Assembly: GCA_965200805.1 (NCBI GenBank) | Contig: OZ241384.1 | Coordinates: forward strand, 763,305-827,304 | DNA length: 64,000 bases | Direction: 5' to 3' | DNA from: Paracoccaceae bacterium | GTDB lineage: Bacteria > Pseudomonadota > Alphaproteobacteria > Rhodobacterales > Rhodobacteraceae | Shown here: positions 57,588-64,000 of the stretch, piece after piece | Layout of the letters: the number at the start of each line of letters is the position of its first letter | How positions within the stretch are numbered: position 1 is the first letter of the stretch | Notes under the pieces: generated by a model | The model's input: the letters and a program-made list of their open reading frames with translations, nothing else | Told to the model about the DNA's origin: nothing | The model's database searches: none | Program-made: the position numbers and the translations under genes

Positions 57588-58178
57588 TCAGCTTCGGCGC
57601 GCGGGCATCGTCAGGCCCGCGATCCATTCCATGTCATGCAACATGTCGGTCACACCGGCCACCATCGCGGCGTGCAGCGCAGGGATGCGTGGACCCGCAC
57701 GAAGTTGTAGCGGACGAAATACAGGCTGAGCATGTGGATGTGGTTCCCGATCCTCTTGCTGAACGCATTGGTCAGCCACGTGGTCAGGCTCCGGCGTTCG
57801 ACACAGCTGGTCGGGATGTGATCTTGATCCGGCTTGCCCTCAATCACACGGGGCCGTGCGCCATTGAAGGCCGAGGGGCTGCACTTGCGTTCAGGTGACT
57901 TCGGCATCTTGACCAGCATGGCATGGTCCGCGGCTTCGAGATACGCCCTGCGGCCATCGGTGGTCAACCTGACGCGGCGGGCGATGCGGTGCTCCACACT
58001 GTCCATGAAACCGGTCGCTGTCCAGGTCCAGACATCCCCGGCCTCAACCGACATTCCGGTGACGGTGTTGATCAAGACCCCGACGGTGCGGGAGATCGAC
58101 CGCATGGACATCCCCTCAACCAGGCAGGTTGAGGATCATGACGCGTTTTCCTGTGGGCAGTCTGTTCATGCCAGACAT
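57588..58178 (-). pseudogene. DDE transposase remnant (IS1-family-like; assignment tentative), frameshifted and internally deleted
   Basis: MNRLPTGKRVMILNL is followed, after a frame change, by VEGMSMRSISRTVGVLINTVT (HTH). Next come GDVWTWTA, RVRLTTDGRRAYLEA and TSCVERRSL...LTNAFSKRIGNHIHMLSLYFVRYNFVRVH. After a second frame change the sequence ends AAMVAGVTDMLHDMEWI. Large blocks expected between these motifs are absent. Confidence 0.6.
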
Positions 58179-58230
58179 GACAGGGGCTTCAACCCCCCTT
58201 GTCAAGCATGAGTTCGGTTTTATTTTTGAA

Positions 58231-58347
58231 TCAGGTGGCAAGAGGCATTCCGGGAACCCGGTCCGCAAAGTAATCGTCAATGGTGTAAATCTGGACTCGC
58301 GGAACGTCCATGAAGCGGCCGATGGTTAAATCGCCCGCCGCAGGGGA
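58231..58347 (-). pseudogene. 38-codon C-terminal gene remnant (possibly of a DNA methyltransferase)
   Basis: GC-rich frame ...DLTIGRFMDVPRVQIYTIDDYFADRVPGMPLAT-stop lies directly in frame behind the stop codon of the AT-rich small ORF. The family guess rests only on my memory of similar C-terminal tails. Confidence 0.25.
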
Positions 58348-58557
58348 TTATCCCAAAGTGGGAAACACGGAGGTTGCATCATCCTCCCGCGGATTTGGCT
58401 CTCCGATGTTCATCGGCACATAACCGACATTTGGTTCAACAAGAAAATCTTGAGAAAGAAGTTGACGCAGTGGAAGTTCACCGCGAGCGAGCAACTCACG
58501 CTCCGCCTCCATCCATTTTGCCTTATGCGAAATTGTGTCATTTTGGCTGATGATCAT
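58348..58557 (-). CDS. Hypothetical 69-aa protein, overlaps the end of the Ntn-hydrolase gene
   Basis: GAGGAAA precedes the ATG at 58557. It overlaps the upstream ORF by 20 nt. The DNA is AT-rich. No motif recognised. Confidence 0.35.
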   Translation of the reverse strand: MIISQNDTISHKAKWMEAERELLARGELPLRQLLSQDFLVEPNVGYVPMNIGEPNPREDDATSVFPTLG

Positions 58558-59256
58558 TTTCCTCATTCTCCCCGTCAGGAATCTCGACAAATGTTGTTTC
58601 CGCTCCAACTCCAGGCGCTACCTCGCTTCTTTCTTTTGCCTCATTGACTAAATCAGTCACCTCCTTCTTGCTCATCGATTTTCTGTATGAACCTTCAATC
58701 AGTGAGTACATGGCGTGAGGGGAACCGGAACCAATGCATCCGCACCCAATTGGTGCATGGTCATTGACAACACCGGGGTCAACAATCGAGTGTATCGTAT
58801 GGCGTCCGGAACTGGGACCTGCAACCAACATTTGAACCCCCAGATCAACGTTGTGCATAGCCTGATCAACCATTTGCACAATTTGAGGAGACAACCTTTG
58901 CTGCATGTCATGGTAACTGCTTAAATTCAAACCTCTCGGCTCCAATTCCTGATGCACGATTTTAGTGAGTCTGACCTTCTGGTATGCCTGTCGAACAATT
59001 TCACTAACCTTTGAAGCTGGAATATCGGCATCACACTGGGTTATTTCATCTCTAGCAACATTCAAGACTTCGTTGCCAAGCAAAACATCACCAGCAATCA
59101 TGATATGTGTCGCGTTTTTCCATCCAGAGCAATGATCTTCGTGTCTTCTTGATGCTCAAACTCATATCCAATCGGAAAATGTGCAGTGACCATCCGGTCT
59201 GACACCAAAACAGAACCTTTACCGTTCCCATAAATTGCGGCAATGCAGACAGTCAC
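58538..59256 (-). pseudogene. Proteasome-type (T1 / Ntn-hydrolase) protein, single frameshift
   Basis: GAAGGA lies 8 nt before the GTG at 59256. Thr follows the initiator directly (M-TVCIAAIYGNGKGSVLVSDRMVT). The motifs DTKIIAL and GCIGSGSPHAMYSL are present. The frame changes at the T5 (A5 on the coding strand) run 59115-59119. The joined length is ~238 aa. Confidence 0.6.
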
Positions 59257-59298
59257 AATATCAGTCCTTCTTTTTGCATTTATCGGCGGTACGGGAGG

Positions 59299-59727
59299 TC
59301 ATGGGTCCGGGTTTTGAATCTCGCAACCGAGACGAGCTGCCGGGCGATGATCGGATTTGTCTGCGCTTTCGTGCCGACCGGAAAAATCGTGGTAAGCACC
59401 ACCACAATCCGGCCAGATTGTAAAACCATAATCCCAAATACCTTCGTTTACTTCGTTAGGATCATTCCACCGCCATTCATGCTTTACCCCTTCTACTTCG
59501 TAGAGCGTTGTAACTTCCGGCAGGGCATCCGGTCCAAAGATACCTATACTAAAACCCATATCATCGTCTAAAAAATTCTTCAAATTCTTCAGCGTTGCAC
59601 TCCATCCCGCACCGCATGTCCCCTCGCAGTGCCATACGTCTATCCAATCCTGATTCTGGGTCAAGGCAGACTGCGCGTTGGCCGACACAGGAAACAAAGC
59701 GATTGTGAGAAAGAATTTGTATACCAT
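59299..59727 (-). CDS. Hypothetical secreted protein (142 aa)
   Basis: Signal-peptide-like MVYKFFLTIALFPVSANA-QS with four Cys in the mature part. It lies 42 nt upstream of the Ntn-hydrolase gene. No SD is visible. The start sits at the AT-rich/GC-rich boundary. Confidence 0.45.
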   Translation of the reverse strand: MVYKFFLTIALFPVSANAQSALTQNQDWIDVWHCEGTCGAGWSATLKNLKNFLDDDMGFSIGIFGPDALPEVTTLYEVEGVKHEWRWNDPNEVNEGIWDYGFTIWPDCGGAYHDFSGRHESADKSDHRPAARLGCEIQNPDP

Positions 59728-59962
59728 GGCGGATTGAACCGCACCAACGGGCCTTCGCTGCGACTTGCGCAATCTCGCTGTGCCGCTCGGATGTCGGGGA
59801 TGCTGCACGCCGCTTGCCACCGATCCGACAGCCGTTGGCCTTCTGCGGCTGACGGGTCTTGACAGCGGTTTCCTCAATCTCGCCAGTGGCAATCTTGGCG
59901 ACATGGACGGCGCGACCGACCACATCACCAAGGCGGTTCTGCCCTTGTGGTCCTTGGAGCAA
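59561..59962 (-). CDS. Small basic protein ending in a ...GGKRRAA...SEIA..AAKARW motif, 3' end fused by read-through into the AT-rich islet
   Basis: GAGGA lies before the TTG at 59962. The sequence QNRLGDVVGRAVHVAKIATGEIEE...IGGKRRAASPTSERHSEIAQVAAKARW looks like a complete small protein. The remaining ~50 codons overlap the secreted-protein ORF and are probably not native. Confidence 0.35.
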   Translation of the reverse strand: MLQGPQGQNRLGDVVGRAVHVAKIATGEIEETAVKTRQPQKANGCRIGGKRRAASPTSERHSEIAQVAAKARWCGSIRHGIQILSHNRFVSCVGQRAVCLDPESGLDRRMALRGDMRCGMECNAEEFEEFFRR

Positions 59963-60452
59963 AGGAGGTATCCTCAGTGTTGATCGGTCATAAAATGTGT
60001 CGTTTCAATCAAAAAATAAACAATATGTCAGAAAAATGGCGATTCGCCATCTTTTAGACTGAGATACTACCGTGCGATCAGGCTACTTGCAGCCTTGTCG
60101 TCGGAGCACTAAATGGAGGCGGACAGGGCACGATGTTTCGGATCTGCAGATCCGCCTATCAACTGGTCTTTGACATCTTGGTCTGCCACCATCAGTTACG
60201 ATCATACAAATCTTGTCAAAAAACCTTTTGGCGGTCAACACAGAATGGCAGATTCAGACAACAGTCACCCGGGTGCTTGGTCATATGGAGCCGTGTCATA
60301 TGCCGGGGCAAGCATCCCGCCGAATGACGCCTGTGACATTATCATGCGAGAACTTCGTTCGAACGCACTGGCCAATGTCAAACGCTGATCCACTCTTCAT
60401 CATCCCTCCGTATCCGCAAGAAGCACGACCTCATCAAAATCAGCAGCAGATC

Positions 60453-61331
60453 ATGATCAAGATCCTTGATGTCATATCCCAGATACGAAGGCTGGACGGA
60501 ACATTCCACAAGCGAGAGCAGCGTGTGGCTGACTTTGTGCTCTCGAATCTGGAGCAGGCAACACGCCTCACACAAAATGAAATTGCGGAATCGGCTGAAG
60601 TTTCGGTCGCGACTGTGAATCGGTTTTGTCAAACACTTGGCTGCGAGGGCTACCGTGACTTCAACATCAGGCTCGCGCAAAGTGTCGCGGTCAGTCTACA
60701 GTATCTGGGCGGACCAAGCCGGACGGATTCCGAGTCTGAGCAGCTCATAACGCAAGTCTTTGGTGCGCTCGTCGACACCCTCAACCTCGTACGCTTCCAG
60801 CTTGTCAACGATACCATTCAGCAAAGTGTTTCGTTGCTGACAACTGCAAGGCGGATTTCGTTCATTGGCGTTGGTGGAGGTTCTGCGAACGTCGCCCGCG
60901 AAGGAGCCAACAGGTTCTTTCGTCTCGGGATTCCGACAGAGGCTCATGCAGATGGATACTTTCAGCGTATGCTCGCTTCAACCCTGTCTGAAGGCGATGT
61001 CATATTCGCCATATCCGCGAGTGGTCACCCGGCCGAGCTTGTTGACAGTGTTGCAATTGCCCGACAGTACGGTGCCAGATCAATCAGCCTGACCAAGACT
61101 GGCACACCTCTTGCCAAAGCCGCTGACATCACGATTGGTGTCGACATTCCCGAGGATCAGGATATCTTCAAGCCGTCAGCCTCACGGCTTGTCTTCATGG
61201 CCATAATTGATGTGCTTGCCGCGGGTACTGCGCGCAAGCGACCGGAGATGGTGAAAGAATACATGCGTCGTATCCGGACCTCTATCGTCTCCGTTACAGA
61301 AGACACTGGACCAAAACCAATCGGCGATTGA
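60453..61331 (+). CDS. RpiR/MurR-family transcriptional regulator (HTH_6 + SIS domain)
   Basis: HTH region TQNEIAESAEVSVATVNRFCQTLGCEGYRDF and SIS domain ISFIGVGGGSANVA...VIFAISASGHP. Confidence 0.85.
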   Translation: MIKILDVISQIRRLDGTFHKREQRVADFVLSNLEQATRLTQNEIAESAEVSVATVNRFCQTLGCEGYRDFNIRLAQSVAVSLQYLGGPSRTDSESEQLITQVFGALVDTLNLVRFQLVNDTIQQSVSLLTTARRISFIGVGGGSANVAREGANRFFRLGIPTEAHADGYFQRMLASTLSEGDVIFAISASGHPAELVDSVAIARQYGARSISLTKTGTPLAKAADITIGVDIPEDQDIFKPSASRLVFMAIIDVLAAGTARKRPEMVKEYMRRIRTSIVSVTEDTGPKPIGD

Positions 61332-61517
61332 GTGTGCGATCTGGGGTTCATCTCATCCCTGCCATCATTTGCCATGAATTCGGGACAATCATTGCGACCC
61401 GCTTCCGGTCGGGGTCGACCCGCCCTCATCCGAAAAAGAGGATCCAGGGCCCGGATGATCGCGTCCATCTGCCGGCAGGCGGTCTGGAGATAGAAATGCA
61501 TAAGCGGGCGATGCATA

Positions 61518-61693
61518 AAACTGTCCCTGAAATCACGCAAGTCCGTCCGCAACGGCGAAAAGGTGTTGGTTTCCGTAGCGATTGATCCGAGGAAGACATG
61601 TCTCGGGCTCATGATCGCCTCTTCAGGTCAATTCGGGGGGTCGAATCCAGCAGACTTTGCGTATAAGCATGTTGCGGTGTCTGGAAGATCTGC
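61518..61693. repeat. Copy B of the 176-bp dispersed direct repeat
   Basis: Near-identical to 51902-52077. It encodes only ...QIFQTPQHAYTQSLLDSTPRIDLKRRS-stop and MSPRHVFLGSIATETNTFSPLRTDLRDFRDSF, with no gene bodies attached. Confidence 0.9.
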
Positions 61694-61801
61694 AATTGAT
61701 CAGTCGCGCCATTGCGAGAGTTTTCCCGTTGAGAAGCTGCACTCACTGCATGAAGGCAGATTGCAACCCTGCATCCATTTGTTTCATGCAAGTGGTTCCT
61801 G

Positions 61802-62348
61802 TCATTTTTTCAGAAGGTTGAACTCCTGACAGGACAGGATCAATGATTGAGGAACAGCTTCGCGAAATTTCTGACTCCGGCACATTCTCGCCGGTTCATG
61901 TACATGTTTCCTGCAATCACGGGGACGGTTCAGCTTGGGATAACTTCGGCAGTTTTCATCAACATCTTGACCATCAAGATAGGCAAACCACGTTTCGATT
62001 TTCCAGGTTGGAACAAATGCAGCGACCTCATCATCGCTTGCACGGGGATTGACACCTCTCTGGCCACATTCCCTGTCAAGCTCCTCGATTCGGCGATGAG
62101 CACCCCAACTGTCGCCGTCAATCATCACGGCGAGATTTGACCGAACACGGCTGCGACGGCTGCGATACGCCTTGAGTTCTTCGGGAAATTTTTCTCTTAC
62201 CTTACATGCTGTTCACCTGATCCCCCTCGGGGCAGGGGAACAGTCCGAATCCTGCGTTTCTCCCAACCCATCTTGGCAAAAACCGCAACATGAAAGCTGA
62301 TTGCCGCTGATCCTCACAGAGCAAAATCAGGGCCGCCCTCCAACTCAC
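61802..62348 (-). pseudogene. Small TOPRIM-like protein (DUF4276/RloB/AriB-like partner of the ATPase), at least two frameshifts
   Basis: GTG overlaps the ATPase stop (GTGA). SWRAALILLCEDQRQSAFMLRFL carries the conserved Glu. GSGEQHV lies in a second frame. KVREKFPEELKAYRSRRSRVRSNLAVMIDGDSWG... (DxD) ...VAAFVPTWKIETWF lies in a third frame. Confidence 0.45.
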
Positions 62349-63385
62349 GCCTCCCAGCCTCTTGCCAGGAGTTCGGAGAGTTTAAGGCTGTTTGCAGAAA
62401 CATGCGATATTTCGGAAAGTTTTTTGAGCTGGGTTGCACCAGACCTTTCCCGAAGAAGGTGCACACCATGCTCAGCACCCAGAAAATCAATCACCTCGGG
62501 GTGGTGGGCACAAATGACGGTCTGGGGAATCGAATCTCCGCACCTGTCTTCCAGTTCCATCAGCCAGGGTTGAATTTCAGCCAGTGCGATATGGTTTTCC
62601 GGCTCGTCAAGAAGCAGTGTATAACCAAGCCCTGCAGACAGGTGGATCAGTGCGTACAATGCCATCAGTGCCCTCTGACCATCAGAGATCTCGTTCAATG
62701 GCAGTTCATACCGGTGGCCGGAGCCTGCAAAACTGACCATCAGTGTGCGTCTGTTCAATCCTGACTGCTGAAGACGTATCTGATCAAGACCATCAATGAC
62801 TTCCACAATTGATTTTCTGAATGCCTCGACCCGACCCGGATCGTCGAGTTGAACATGCTGATACCACGAACTGAAGTTGCTTGCATTTCTGTCAAGCAGG
62901 AGTTCAGGACGTGTCGTCTCCTGTTCGAAACTGGCGGGATAAAGGCCGCATACGAGTATTTTTCTCACAACATCCAAAAATTTTGACAGGCGCTGATTGT
63001 CATCCCGTTCCGGAACACGGGCCATGGCTGAATCCAGCCAGTCTGCAGCATAGACAGGCCCCTCAGAGTGGTCGTCACGGAACAGTTTGACATTACCCAT
63101 TTGGAATTCAAAAAGCGGGCTTCCCCTGCTGTCGGTCAATGATTCATTCGAGATGCGCACGAGGTTCTGTCGCTTGTGATGCTCAACCTCCAGTCGGTAG
63201 CATAGCCTGTCCCCATAAAAATCGGCGTGGAGTTCGATGGTCTGAACACTTGCCAGTTGCCATGCCGTCCTGCTGCTTGGGGGGAACATCATCGGGTCCG
63301 TGATCTTGGCCCGGCCGCCAGCAGTTCACGAAGAGCATGCATGACATCAAGGATCGAGGTCTTGCCGACACCGTTGCGACAGGCC
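62345..63385 (-). pseudogene. ABC-like AAA_21-type ATPase, N-terminally truncated and frameshifted
   Basis: Walker A remnant RNGVGKTSILDVMHALRELL (63320-63380). A frame change near 63313-63318 is followed by a 315-aa ORF with the signature-like ISDGQRALMAL, Walker B LLLDEPENHIAL and H-loop ICAHHPEV. About 30 N-terminal codons are missing. Confidence 0.65.
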
Positions 63386-64000
63386 GCAGCCGATGTCCGG
63401 CAATTGCTTCTGCATGCCGCCGCACGTGATCTCGTTATTGAGGCAGCAGTTCTCGAAACAGATGAGGGGCATATCATCAGCCCGGACGGCAGGCATCATG
63501 CCTATGGCACATTCATTGCAACGGCCGCCACACTTGATCTGTCGGTATCGACACCCCTCAAACCACGCCATGCATGGAAATATATCGGGCAGGACTTCCC
63601 TCGCGTGGACGGCGTTGCCAAAGCCACAGGAACAGCCCTGTTCGGTATTGATGTCGACCTTCCTGACCTGCACCGGGCGGTGATTCGCCGCCCCCCCCTG
63701 TTGCAGGTGCCACCCTGCGCCGGCTTGATGCAGGCAAGGCCCGTGCGATGCCGGGTGTCATTCATATCTCGGAGATCAGTTTCGGGGTGGCAGTTGTCGC
63801 CAAGCAGTACTGGCAGGCGAAAACCGCCGCTGAAGCCCTTGAGCTTGACTGGGACCTGCCGGACCATGCTGACATGAACACGGACCGTATCAAGGCCGAC
63901 TATAAAGCGGCCCTTGCAACCGATGACGGGGTGGAAACAGAAACGGACGGCGATCTTGAGGCTGGCTTTGCCGCGGCCCGTCGTGTCGTGAATCTTGAAT
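63375..64000 (+). pseudogene. Molybdopterin-binding oxidoreductase large subunit (IorB / aldehyde-oxidase-like), 5'-truncated and frameshifted; runs off the window
   Basis: LRQAAADVRQLLLHAAARDLVIEAAVLETDEGHIISPDGRHHAYG...KYIGQDFPRVDGVAKATGTALFGIDVDLPDLHRAVIRRPP is followed by a frame change at the C8 run 63691-63698. The sequence then reads GATLRRLDAGKARAMPGVIHISEISFGVAVVAKQYWQAK... No N-terminal or Tat-signal part is present. Confidence 0.6.

Noticed and set aside
61630-61650. GGGGGGTCGAATCC, which resembles a tRNA T-arm. The related GGGGAATCGAATCC occurs at 52017.
   Set aside because: It lies inside the duplicated ATPase 3' coding sequence. No acceptor, D or anticodon arms can be drawn around it.

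Overview
This is a 64-kb chromosomal segment with moderately high GC. Its gene content looks alphaproteobacterial, but that is inference only. I ran no database search, and all calls come from reading the ORF translations and the DNA by eye.

Backbone genes:
- polA, a HIT protein, mutY, a photolyase and glpD.
- Four solute-uptake and catabolism loci:
  - A FrcBCA-like sugar ABC transporter with a ROK regulator and a PfkB kinase (6.8-12.6 kb).
  - A large sugar/polyol locus (12.7-25.6 kb) with a class II aldolase, a HAD phosphatase, a glycerol-1-P-dehydrogenase-like Fe-ADH, a SorC regulator, an FGGY kinase, a bifunctional aldolase/SDR, an SDR and an ABC transporter.
  - A glycerol/dihydroxyacetone-type locus (37-47.8 kb) with glpD, an ABC transporter carrying two MalK-like ATPases, and a fused dihydroxyacetone kinase.
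  - A Dpp/Opp-type peptide ABC transporter with an MlrC-like M81 peptidase (50.5-57.2 kb).

Accessory and decaying regions:
- A new ~150-bp MITE family with three copies, each with its own 8-bp target duplication. One copy sits exactly on the start codon of a binding-protein gene. Two copies disrupt an AT-rich operon of uncharacterised membrane proteins (28.6-31.1 kb).
- A GC-rich block (31.8-34.9 kb) holding a frameshifted AAA-ATPase/PD-(D/E)XK gene and a frameshifted IS110-family transposase with a long perfect hairpin upstream.
- An intact hipB next to a gutted hipA.
- A long Fic protein with an AbiEi-like N-terminal domain.
- A junkyard at 57.3-63.4 kb containing:
  - an IS1-like remnant;
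  - a 1.4-kb AT-rich islet encoding a proteasome-type Ntn hydrolase;
  - a 176-bp duplicated gene junction;
  - a degraded ABC-like ATPase plus TOPRIM-like pair;
  - a truncated IorB-like gene.

I found no rRNA, tRNA or CRISPR array. Start codons are best guesses. Family names for the hypothetical proteins are tentative.
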